A stretch of 64,000 bases of DNA, taken from NCBI GenBank assembly GCA_964651495.1, contig CAZYWP010000002.1, positions 13,035 through 77,034 of the forward strand, written 5' to 3'. Position numbers and translations under genes: made by a program. This DNA comes from an uncultured Eubacteriales bacterium (GTDB taxonomy: Bacteria; Acidobacteriota; Aminicenantia; Aminicenantales; UBA8522). The notes beneath the pieces are model-generated. The model was not told the DNA's origin and did not search any database. It saw only the letters and a list, made by a program, of their open reading frames with translations. Below, in pieces: positions 9,013-16,830 of the stretch (positions within the stretch are counted from its first letter, which is position 1; every line of letters starts with the position of its first letter).

Positions 9013-10014
9013 TCAGATGTTCGGATAACGGGAAAAATCGGGCAGAAGCAAAGCCTTGATCTCGGGGGTGTCCATGTCTTCCCGGGTGGCGAGATAGACG
9101 CCGGTGTCGATGGTCCGTTCGATCGTCTGGCCCCGCAGGTGAAGGCTCATGAGCTTGACGCCCAGATAGCCCATTTTGACCGGGTTCTGGAGGACCAGGC
9201 CATGGATGTGGCCGTCGCGCAACCCCTGGACGAGCTTGGGCGAGCTGTCGAACCCGACAAATACGACTTTACCGGCCAGCCCGGACTCCTGCAGGGCGCG
9301 GAGCGCTCCGAAGGTGCTCGACTCGTTGGGGCAAAAAATCCCATCGACGCCAGGAAATCGGCTGAGGAGGTTCTCGGCCACCTGATAGGCGCTCTCGGTC
9401 GTGCTGCCGGCATACTGGTCCTGGACGAGGAGCGTAATCCCGGGCGCTTGCGCTTTCAGCGTATCCAGGAATCCCTGCTCCCTTTGGGTGGTGCTCGCCG
9501 AGCCTTCCTGGTAACGGATGAGGAAGACCTCTCCCCGGCCGCGGAGGAGTTCGCTCAGCCTCCTGGCGGCTATTACCCCTCCTTTATAATTATCCGTCGC
9601 GACATAACTGATGTAATCACTCCCCTGTAGCTCGGAGTCGATCACGATCACCGGAATCTTCTCCCGGACGGCATCCTGGACCGGACGCTGCAGGGCCCGC
9701 TCGTCCAGCGGAGCGAGGACGATCCCGCCCACCCCGCGGCTGATAAAGTCCTCGACCACGGTGATCTGCTGGGCCCGGTCGTCTTCCTTTTGCGGCCCCT
9801 TCCAGATGACTTCAACATCGAATTCCTCGGCCGCCATCAGCGCGCCCATATGGATCGATTTCCAGAACTCGTGGGTAGTTCCCTTGGGGATGACGGCGAT
9901 TTGAACTCGGCCCGGCCGGGCGGCGGATGATTTTTCATCCCGCCTGTCTCCACAAGCCCACAAGGCGAGGGCCGCTGAGAAAACGGCCAAGAAGAGAACC
10001 GCCTGTCTTTTCAT
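9013..10014 (-). CDS. Sugar ABC transporter periplasmic substrate-binding lipoprotein (RbsB-like).
   Basis: ATG at 10014 gives MKRQAVLFLAVFSAALALWACG, a lipoprotein-type signal. The body has the periplasmic-binding-protein fold pattern (VIPKGTTHEFW...GVGGIVLAP...PVIVIDS). The stop abuts the ATPase start. Confidence 0.8.
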   Translation of the reverse strand: MKRQAVLFLAVFSAALALWACGDRRDEKSSAARPGRVQIAVIPKGTTHEFWKSIHMGALMAAEEFDVEVIWKGPQKEDDRAQQITVVEDFISRGVGGIVLAPLDERALQRPVQDAVREKIPVIVIDSELQGSDYISYVATDNYKGGVIAARRLSELLRGRGEVFLIRYQEGSASTTQREQGFLDTLKAQAPGITLLVQDQYAGSTTESAYQVAENLLSRFPGVDGIFCPNESSTFGALRALQESGLAGKVVFVGFDSSPKLVQGLRDGHIHGLVLQNPVKMGYLGVKLMSLHLRGQTIERTIDTGVYLATREDMDTPEIKALLLPDFSRYPNI

Positions 10015-10052
10015 ATCACCGTGCTGAGGCTGTGAAAACGACAAGGAAAAGA

Positions 10053-10093
10053 GGGGACGACTCCTCCTCGGAGCCGTCCCCGTGCTTTTTTCG
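10053..10093. terminator. Bidirectional intrinsic terminator between the small gene at 10112..10309 and the sugar ABC operon.
   Basis: GGGGACGACTCC-tcctc-GGAGCCGTCCCC is a long stem, followed by GTGCTTTTTTCG on the plus strand and by TCTTTTCCTTGTCGTTTTC on the minus strand. Confidence 0.5.
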
Positions 10094-10111
10094 TGATTAG
10101 CGAGGGTTCGG

Positions 10112-10309
10112 TCAGGCTTTCTTCAGGATGGGCATTCCGGTCTTGGCCGTCTCGACCGCTTTGTAACCGGCAGGAACGGCGTCCAGGGCGCCAGGCCGGA
10201 CGTCGCGGGCAAAGTAGTAGATCATCTGGTTCCGGCCGCCCTTGAGGCTGACCAACTTCGAGTGCAGGTAGTACGTCACGCCTTTTGTGTTGGTGAATGC
10301 GTAAGCCAT
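10112..10309 (-). CDS. Small hypothetical protein (65 aa).
   Basis: The ORF ends next to the bidirectional terminator. I recognise no domain. It could still be spurious. Confidence 0.35.
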   Translation of the reverse strand: MAYAFTNTKGVTYYLHSKLVSLKGGRNQMIYYFARDVRPGALDAVPAGYKAVETAKTGMPILKKA

Positions 10310-10462
10310 ATTATTTAACCTCCAAACGAGATTCGTTAATAAACAAAGCTCAGGCTCAAAGCCCTTTTCATTTCAACCGCCTCGGTCTGTGGCGCTCCAA
10401 GCTTGACTTAGTATTAATAAAAAAACTTGTCCTCTGTCAAGGATATTTTTCAGATTTTCCCC

Positions 10463-10891
10463 TTATTTTAGAACCAGGTCGCCGCGGCCGAGGTCCGCTA
10501 GAACTTGAGCGTAAACGGCCGAGAGCGGCTTGAGGGCGGGCACGATTTTCAAGGCCTGGTTAAAGTCCCCCCCGACTCTGACTTTTCCGCTGACCAGAGC
10601 GCTGAAGATGTTCCCCTTGCCCTGCCAGAACTCGTGGCTGAAATCGGCCGAGCTGAAAAGTGTCAGGTCGGGCCGCAAGTCGCTCTCGCCGAAGACCGTC
10701 GTAAAATGCCCGCCGCCGGACCCGGGCTGGCGACAGTCGATGGTGACCGCGCCGTCAGGATCATGGAGCATGAACCGGATGATCAGCCCGAACCGCTGCA
10801 GCGCCGGCCCGATTGCGGGGTCTGCGGCGACGCGGTCGAAAAAAGCGCGCTGCACGGCGTACATCTCTTCTTGGTTTTTAAAATAAGGCAT
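10463..10891 (-). CDS. SCP-2 sterol-transfer family protein.
   Basis: The protein is 142 aa, with a pattern typical of SCP2 domains: an N-terminal helix then a Gly-rich beta region (AVTIDCRQPGSGGGHFTTVFGESDLRPDLTL...GKGNIFSALVSGKVRVGGDFNQALKI). Confidence 0.65.
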   Translation of the reverse strand: MPYFKNQEEMYAVQRAFFDRVAADPAIGPALQRFGLIIRFMLHDPDGAVTIDCRQPGSGGGHFTTVFGESDLRPDLTLFSSADFSHEFWQGKGNIFSALVSGKVRVGGDFNQALKIVPALKPLSAVYAQVLADLGRGDLVLK

Positions 10892-10921
10892 CTCTCATTC
10901 TCCGGCGCACAGATCCTGAAC

Positions 10922-11203
10922 TCAATTGACGAACCCGACGGACGGGGGGGCCTCCGCTGGCACGATCGGACCGAAATTCTCTTCGTACCGTTTGACGTTG
11001 GCCTCGAGAGCCTGGGTGAACCTCTTGACATGGGCCGGGCTCAGGATGATCCGGGAGATGAGCTTGCCCATCGGCCCGTCGGGAAAGACGAAGGCAAAAT
11101 CAAAAATGAATTCCTCCCGGGTGTGACGGATGGCGGCCAGGTTTGAGTACTGGCCCTGGGCGACATGCTCATCCACTTTAATGTCGATCTTTTTTTCTTC
11201 CAT
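10922..11203 (-). CDS. DUF3467-family protein.
   Basis: MEEKKIDIKVDEHVAQGQYSNLAAIRHTREEFIFDFAFVFP... matches my recollection of the DUF3467 consensus. A strong GGAAGGAGG ribosome-binding site lies 5 nt upstream of the ATG. Confidence 0.65.
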   Translation of the reverse strand: MEEKKIDIKVDEHVAQGQYSNLAAIRHTREEFIFDFAFVFPDGPMGKLISRIILSPAHVKRFTQALEANVKRYEENFGPIVPAEAPPSVGFVN

Positions 11204-11287
11204 CGTTCCTCCTTCCGGAAAAGGCCGAGTTTATTTTCACCGAAGAAATATTAAAATTCAAGGCAAAAAAAATATTTTAAAAAAAGC

Positions 11288-11315
11288 TTTACATTTGCTT
11301 TTTTCGTGTTATAAT
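11288..11315 (+). promoter_or_regulatory. Near-consensus sigma70 promoter, TTTACA-N16-TATAAT, with no plus-strand CDS downstream.
   Basis: TTTACA at 11288-11293 and TATAAT at 11310-11315, in the AT-rich 11204-11320 intergenic region. A hairpin plus U-run follows at about 11322-11360. Confidence 0.45.
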
Positions 11316-11556
11316 GACCCTGGCTTTCTTGCGCGGGCTGGAGAAAGCCCCCACCTTTTTGGTTCCCATCATCAACCCCCCTTTTGCTGACAACAGCCCG
11401 CACCTTATATCATATCGGATATCCATCATTCTCCCGGATTCCCCCTCCTTGCCTTGCTGCCCGAGCATTCGACCCGCCGACGCAACACCCAAGGCAGCTC
11501 CTCGGAAACGGAATGGGCTCGCCTAATGTCGGGGTTGATGGCGAGGTGGACAGCGT

Positions 11557-12255
11557 TTACATGATGGGGTCGCCGTCAGGATAGCCGGCGATGACTTCGG
11601 CCGGCACTTCGTAGACCTTGCTCCAGCCGCCAAGCCGCTCGAGAACGCGGGGGCTCGTCACTCCCCTCTTTTTTCCGGCCTCGATCAAGTACACGGAGCG
11701 GTTCGGCCGTGAGCCCTGCTCGATGACGAGACAGCCTTCGAAGGTCAGGTCGATCATCTCCCCCTCATCTATTTTATCCAGCGTCGCCGCGGCCACCTCG
11801 ACCAGGAAGGCCCACGGATCCTTGCCTCCGTTACGGTCGTAATTGTAGCGATAGAGGCTCTCCAGATTTTTGAAGGCATGGCGGATAAAAAGGCCGGTGC
11901 TCTTCCTTTCGATCAGATAGACCGTTGCGTTGCGCGCCTTGACATATTTTTGGTCAAGGTAGGCCAGGTTGTCGGGCGACGGCCACCTGGAGAATTCGGC
12001 TTCGATGCGGTTGAGGAGACGGCGGCAGTCGGCCAGGAACGTTTCGGAATTGAACAGGACGGCCTGCACCTCATCCGAGATCGTGTTGTTCCAGCCGCGG
12101 AAGTGGTCGAAGCTTTCCTGGGCCAGGACAGAGGCCTGTCGGTCAAGGTCCAAACCCAGGGCAGAGATCGCCTGCCGCCGGTCGGCCAGGGCCGGGGACG
12201 CCAGGATCGAACAAATCACTAACGAGGCCGCGCCGAGGGGGAATGCTTTTCGCAT
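11557..12255 (-). CDS. Secreted hypothetical protein.
   Basis: Signal peptide MRKAFPLGAASLVICSILASPALA. I recognise no domain. Confidence 0.5.
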   Translation of the reverse strand: MRKAFPLGAASLVICSILASPALADRRQAISALGLDLDRQASVLAQESFDHFRGWNNTISDEVQAVLFNSETFLADCRRLLNRIEAEFSRWPSPDNLAYLDQKYVKARNATVYLIERKSTGLFIRHAFKNLESLYRYNYDRNGGKDPWAFLVEVAAATLDKIDEGEMIDLTFEGCLVIEQGSRPNRSVYLIEAGKKRGVTSPRVLERLGGWSKVYEVPAEVIAGYPDGDPIM

Positions 12256-12391
12256 GGGCTTCTCCTTCCAACGCTCTCGTCATAAATTAGCGTTGAGCCG
12301 GACGGAAGTCAACTCGAGCGGCTTGACGTGTCCCTGGCCTGATGCTAGATTGCCCTGAGATTATGACCCGGAATCCAAACGGAGGCGGAAG

Positions 12392-12850
12392 ATGGAAAAA
12401 AGCGAAACCTTGGCTCGCCGATACCAAAGAATCTATGTCCAGCTCGCTGAGCTCTGCTCCAAGACGACGAACACGATCGCCCGGATGGCCAGCACCGCCG
12501 CGCTTCTTCATCACAAGATGCCCCATTTTTTCTGGACCGGTTTCTACCTTCTCGACAAAGGAGAGTTGACTGTCGGACCGTATCAAGGGTCTCTGGCCTG
12601 CCTGGTGTTGGAGAAAGGAAAAGGCGTCTGCTGGGCCGGAGTGCAGCGCCGCCGGACGGTCATCGTCCCCGACGTCCACAAGTTCCCCGGCCATATCGCC
12701 TGCGACAGCCGCTCCAACTCCGAGATCGTCGTCCCGCTCTTCGCTGCCGCCGGAAAAGTCTGGGGCGTTCTCGACGTGGACAGCAAGGCCCACGACGCTT
12801 TCAGCGACGTGGACCGGGAATGGCTGGAGAAAATTGTCCGGATAATCTGA
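12392..12850 (+). CDS. msrC: GAF-domain free methionine-(R)-sulfoxide reductase (fRMsr / MsrC-like).
   Basis: A roughly 150-aa single GAF domain with the characteristic Cys-containing segments (GSLACLVLEKGKGVCWAGV, FPGHIACDSRSNSEIVVPL), typical of the YebR/fRMsr family. Confidence 0.7.
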   Translation: MEKSETLARRYQRIYVQLAELCSKTTNTIARMASTAALLHHKMPHFFWTGFYLLDKGELTVGPYQGSLACLVLEKGKGVCWAGVQRRRTVIVPDVHKFPGHIACDSRSNSEIVVPLFAAAGKVWGVLDVDSKAHDAFSDVDREWLEKIVRII

Positions 12851-12861
12851 CCGCTTTCCGT

Positions 12862-14334
12862 CTAACGGCTGTAATAATCGATCATCCGGATGACGGCCTC
12901 TTCACACACCCGGCAGAACGGTTTCGTGCCCTTGCTGAACATTAGGCAGTCAAGGGCCGGGCGGTAGAGCCCCCGGGCCGCGTAACCCGCGCCCTCGAAG
13001 GCGCCGGTCTTCCCGACATACTTGCTCCGCGCCAGGAACTCGTCCAACTTTTTGGCATGCTCGCGCGACAGCCGTTCGGACTCCTCCTCGGCTCGCGTCA
13101 CTTCGGCCGCGGGCGCGCCTTCCCTTTTCATCCTGGCGATCCTGGTATTGATCTCCTGGCGGGTCTTCTGGAAAGCGGTGTCCATCGCGTCGAATGGCTC
13201 TTTCTCCCACGGCGTTGGGATTTCGCTGCCCGGGCTGGCGAGTTTTTTCCACTTGAGATTTTTGGGGTCGAGAAGAGCCGTGATGTTGGGCTCCAGGGGC
13301 TCAACGCCCTGAGGATAGAATTCGTTGTAGGCGACCGAAGAAGTGTAGTATTCGTCGCCCAGCCCGGCGAACGAATGGCCGAACTCGTGGAGGAACAAGT
13401 ACTCGTACCATTGATTGTCGGAGGTGAACGTGCAGTAGAGGTTGTAAATGCCGCCGCCTCCGTAGCGCTTGTGGTTGATCATGATATAAAGGGCGTCGTA
13501 GGGGACATGGGCGGCGATATCACGCAGGCTCCTGTTGTCTTCGGTAAGGAGATAGCGCTCGGAGCCGAGCGAATCAAAGGCAGCATTGAGAGCGGTGTTC
13601 TTATAGATACCGTGGCTCGGTTCATCGCAGCCGCTCTCCGCCGATGCCTTGAAGACACCGCTAAAATTGAAGCGGTCCCCCCTGCTCCTGTAAGGTTCCC
13701 GGCCGAAAAACACGGCCGCAAACCGCTCCAGGTCGGCCTTGAATTTCGCCTCTTCAGCGGTCGAGTATCCTTCGGCGATCACGGCGACATCTGCTCTGGC
13801 ATGGGGATCGCCGCTCTTCTTGACCGGGAAGACCTTGACTCCGCCGACGAGCGGCTCCCGGCTGATGTAAATATCGGCCGGGTCGATCTCGGCGCTGAAG
13901 AGCGGCTGGAGGACGTTCTCCCGGTCTCTCATCTCGACGGAGAAACGGACCTTGCCCTTGGGAAACGGGACCAGGGCTGATTCATGATAGGTCCTTTTAA
14001 TCCCCTTTAGAGCCCCTGCAGTGGTCTTGTACTCGGCAAAATAGCTGTCGAAGCCTTTGGAAAAGAGCAATTCGCCGGTCGAGGCGTCGAACACCTTGAC
14101 GCAATAGCGTCCAAGATTGAAAGAATCGATGAGGTTGCGCGTGCTCCCCGCCCACGTCCCCTGCTCGTAAACCCGGTCGAGGGTGATGATCTCATCTTTG
14201 GCGTCGCCGGCGTGAAAATAGTCGATGCGCATGGTCTTGTCCAGGAAGTATCTGTCTAACTTGACTGCAGGAAAAGCGACAAGCGCCCCCAAAACTAAAA
14301 CGGCCAAAGCGATAAAACTAATTCTTTTCGTCAC
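12862..14334 (-). CDS. Peptidase M64 (IgA-peptidase-like zinc metalloprotease), secreted.
   Basis: HEFGHSFAGLGDEY is a zinc-binding HExxH...E motif in an M64-like context. An N-terminal signal peptide is present. The GTG start at 14334 overlaps the agmatinase stop in a GTGA arrangement. Confidence 0.75.
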   Translation of the reverse strand: MTKRISFIALAVLVLGALVAFPAVKLDRYFLDKTMRIDYFHAGDAKDEIITLDRVYEQGTWAGSTRNLIDSFNLGRYCVKVFDASTGELLFSKGFDSYFAEYKTTAGALKGIKRTYHESALVPFPKGKVRFSVEMRDRENVLQPLFSAEIDPADIYISREPLVGGVKVFPVKKSGDPHARADVAVIAEGYSTAEEAKFKADLERFAAVFFGREPYRSRGDRFNFSGVFKASAESGCDEPSHGIYKNTALNAAFDSLGSERYLLTEDNRSLRDIAAHVPYDALYIMINHKRYGGGGIYNLYCTFTSDNQWYEYLFLHEFGHSFAGLGDEYYTSSVAYNEFYPQGVEPLEPNITALLDPKNLKWKKLASPGSEIPTPWEKEPFDAMDTAFQKTRQEINTRIARMKREGAPAAEVTRAEEESERLSREHAKKLDEFLARSKYVGKTGAFEGAGYAARGLYRPALDCLMFSKGTKPFCRVCEEAVIRMIDYYSR

Positions 14335-15191
14335 TTCGTCTTCTCTCCTCTAACTCTTTCCTTCACCATCATTCCCGCTGTCTCTTTGATGATCTTAACT
14401 GCCGCGGCCGCGGTGATTCCCGCCGGGTCGCGCGTCGGGTTCAGCTCGACGACGTCGAGGCCGATAATCTCACCCTTCAGGGAATGGAGGAGGTCGAGCG
14501 CCTGCCGGGTCGACAACCCTCCGGGCTCATGGTGGGAGACGCCCGGAGCGAACGCCGGGTCGAGCGCATCCAGGTCGAAGGATATATAAAGAGGACGGCG
14601 AAAACTCAGGCTGAGACCGTCCCGGAAGTCCTTCATCTCGACCATCCGGACGCCGTAGCGCCGGGCCCGTTCCCGCTGGTCGGCGGTAGCGGCCCGGACG
14701 CCCACCTGGACCAGCTCTTGAGCCAGGCCGCCTTCCATGATGCGGGCAAACGGACAGGCGTGGGAGTAACGGTCCCCGTAGAGGTCCTCATAAAGGTCAG
14801 GATGGGCGTCAAAGTGGAGAATGGCCAGCGACTTGCGGGTCCGGGCCAGGGCTTTGACAATCGGATAGGTGATCGAATGGTCGCCCCCGAGAACGATCGG
14901 CCGGGCTCTCTTTTTGACGATCCCCAGGACCGCGGTTTCGATCCGGGAAAACGTCTTGTCCACGTCGCCCGACGTGTCCACGTCGCCCAGGTCCACCATG
15001 ACGGTGTCCTCCTCGAGGTTAATCCCCAGCTCGGTGTAAGGGTTGAGGGCCTTCCCCGTCGAAGCGGCGCGAATGGCCGCCGGCCCCGCCGCGGCGCCCC
15101 GCAGAAAGCAGGATTTTTCATCGAAGGGAACACCGAGAATCGCCAGCTGGAAATTCCGGCTGTCTTTGATCGCCCCGCCAAAATCTGTCAT
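14331..15191 (-). CDS. speB: Agmatinase / ureohydrolase (arginase family).
   Basis: ATG at 15191; the longer listed ORF is an N-terminal extension. Manganese-binding motifs of the arginase family are present: GGDHSITYP, HFDAHPDL and SFDLDALDP. Confidence 0.8.
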   Translation of the reverse strand: MTDFGGAIKDSRNFQLAILGVPFDEKSCFLRGAAAGPAAIRAASTGKALNPYTELGINLEEDTVMVDLGDVDTSGDVDKTFSRIETAVLGIVKKRARPIVLGGDHSITYPIVKALARTRKSLAILHFDAHPDLYEDLYGDRYSHACPFARIMEGGLAQELVQVGVRAATADQRERARRYGVRMVEMKDFRDGLSLSFRRPLYISFDLDALDPAFAPGVSHHEPGGLSTRQALDLLHSLKGEIIGLDVVELNPTRDPAGITAAAAVKIIKETAGMMVKERVRGEKTK

Positions 15192-15207
15192 GCCTGACCT
15201 CCTGATT

Positions 15208-16437
15208 CTAATCGGCCGCCAGGACGAGCGCGGCATAGCTGACCGCCGATTGAGTCGGCGCTTCATTCCAAACGTCATAGTCCAGAGTATGACCCCTTGC
15301 CTCCGGAAGGAGCTCAAGAAGAGTGGCCAGGGCCGAGAGGCCGCAGACATTGTACCTGTCCCCGACCCGCCTCGCTTCCCCCCAGAATCCCAGGACATCG
15401 CCCCGCGAAAGGGCATCGATGAGCTTTAGGTCGTGGTTCTTGGCTTCGCCCAGCAGGGTGGCGGCGCGCTCGCGGTGCCCGAATTTCGGGCCGATGTGCG
15501 AGAAATCAACACCGGCCACGACGAGCCCATGGCCTCCGTCTTCTTCCCAGAGCGACCGGAGGGCGGCTAAAAACCGTCCGACGGCGGGAATTTCGGAGGG
15601 CCGGGAAACCTTGCCCAGCTCACCCGAGAACGAGCCGCAGAGCACGGGGACCAGGGAAAACGACTGCCCGAACAGGCGCTGGAGAAAAAGGAGCTGGAAT
15701 TCGAGCGAATGTTCCCGGCGATGGGAAATATCGTGGGCCGAGACGATACTGTCTCCGGCTCGCCGCAGCGCCCGCACCGCCGCGCGGTCCGTCTCCACCC
15801 GGCCGAAAGGGGTCTCGAAATCTTTTTCCGTCAGGCAGAAGAAGCCCTCGGAGTGGCTGTGGCCGGTGCCGAGGAGGAAAATCCGTTGCGGGGTTTGGTC
15901 CCGGATAGCCCGGTAGGCCCTGGCATAGGTCTTTCTGCCGATCTCGAGGTCGATGTGCGGCGCGACAAGTCCGACAATCTGGCTCCAGGATCTCCCGCCG
16001 TCCACGACCTCAGGGTCATTGAGGATAGAATCGAGGTAGTCAAGCAGCTTATCGGGCTGGGCGGGATAGGAAACCCCCGCGTGGGAAGCCCGGCGAATTT
16101 TCAGGCCGGCGTACTCGTTCAAGATCCTCTCTTTTTCCTCCTGACATTTTCGGCTCTGGAGGAGATGGGCAGAATCGAGTTCGGCGACGATCCGGGAGAT
16201 GAGCTCTGCATCGACAAGGACACCTTGATTGAAGCGGACCAGCTCGAGCTGGATATCACGGACGGTCCTTTTCCCGTCGATCAGGCCCAACAGGTTCAGG
16301 GCATCTCCCTGGATGACGATGGGATCCCGGATCAGGCCGAGAAAATCCCGCACCACGACCGCGCGTTCGCCCTGGTAGGATGTCGGGATGATCTCGAGGT
16401 CCTCCCTGAGGCGGGGGACCGGACTTTCTTTGTTCAT
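15208..16437 (-). CDS. MEMO1-family protein (AmmeMemoRadiSam system protein B-like) with a roughly 130-aa N-terminal extension.
   Basis: ATG at 16437 is preceded by AAGGAGGG. A Memo-like core is present (VAPHIDLEIG..., LLGTGHSH..., GVDFSHIG). An additional N-terminal domain (PVPRLREDLEIIPTSYQGERAVVVRDF...) is seen. Confidence 0.7.
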   Translation of the reverse strand: MNKESPVPRLREDLEIIPTSYQGERAVVVRDFLGLIRDPIVIQGDALNLLGLIDGKRTVRDIQLELVRFNQGVLVDAELISRIVAELDSAHLLQSRKCQEEKERILNEYAGLKIRRASHAGVSYPAQPDKLLDYLDSILNDPEVVDGGRSWSQIVGLVAPHIDLEIGRKTYARAYRAIRDQTPQRIFLLGTGHSHSEGFFCLTEKDFETPFGRVETDRAAVRALRRAGDSIVSAHDISHRREHSLEFQLLFLQRLFGQSFSLVPVLCGSFSGELGKVSRPSEIPAVGRFLAALRSLWEEDGGHGLVVAGVDFSHIGPKFGHRERAATLLGEAKNHDLKLIDALSRGDVLGFWGEARRVGDRYNVCGLSALATLLELLPEARGHTLDYDVWNEAPTQSAVSYAALVLAAD

Positions 16438-16490
16438 GGCGCTCGGGGCTCCCTCCTTTACTACATTTTTCCGGCCAAAAAAGCAATATA

Positions 16491-16524
16491 AGTCCCTTGA
16501 CTCAATCTTTTGAATCAAGGGACT
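16491..16524. promoter_or_regulatory. Inverted repeat AGTCCCTTGA-N14-TCAAGGGACT in the Memo / ferritin-like intergenic region.
   Basis: Perfect 10-bp arms read from the sequence. Confidence 0.3.
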
Positions 16525-16544
16525 TGAAAGGAGGGTGGGGTGGT

Positions 16545-16575
16545 GGAGAGGGAACTTAGCCCCTCTCCCTTTTTC
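16545..16575 (+). terminator. Terminator-like hairpin plus U-run on the plus strand, with no upstream plus-strand CDS.
   Basis: GGAGAGGG-aacttagc-CCCTCTCC followed by CTTTTTC. Confidence 0.35.
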
Positions 16576-16791
16576 ACAACCTCGGCTATGCCTTGGATGA
16601 GAAAACGTTGAGCCGTTAGGCTGCGATGGGGATATCTTTCCATGGCCAAGTCGGCGGTTCAATCCCCTTTGGGGAGGGTTCTAGGGGTGATATTTCCCCC
16701 CCCCCCGCCTCCCCCCGACCTTGCCAGGGATCCTGACCTGTTTGGGGGCCCCCCTTGATTCTCCAAGGGGAAGGCATGTGGCCGCGGCTTA

Positions 16792-16800
16792 TGCTATAAT
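16792..16800 (+). promoter_or_regulatory. Extended -10 promoter element (TGcTATAAT) for the ferritin-like gene.
   Basis: TGCTATAAT lies about 30 nt upstream of the GAAGGAGGAA ribosome-binding site and the GTG start at 16831. Confidence 0.4.
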
Positions 16801-16830
16801 CGGGAAGATTCAAATCTCGAAGGAGGAATC

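Noticed and set aside
11314-11526. A 70-aa ORF (MTLAFLRGLEKAPTF...) in the AT-rich intergenic region.
   Set aside because: Its ATG lies inside the TATAAT -10 box of the only nearby promoter. The product is low-complexity and Pro-rich, with no ribosome-binding site.
14331-16662. N-terminal extensions of the listed ORFs for agmatinase (to 15416), Memo (to 16662), permease (to 7759), anti-sigma (to 34933), PFK (to 46829) and GH2 (to 59256).
   Set aside because: The extended parts overlap upstream genes, are low-complexity, and lack ribosome-binding sites. Internal ATGs with good Shine-Dalgarno sequences and signal peptides or conserved N-termini were preferred.
16640-16680. A tRNA-like T-arm string GGCGGTTCAATCCCC, and a check for tmRNA or RNase P RNA in the 16440-16830 region.
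   Set aside because: No complementary T-stem, no acceptor stem and no anticodon arm, so it is not a tRNA. No tmRNA 5' GGGG...UUCGAC or 3' ACCA-end arm, and no RNase P P4 / GGAAAGUCCGG motifs on either strand.
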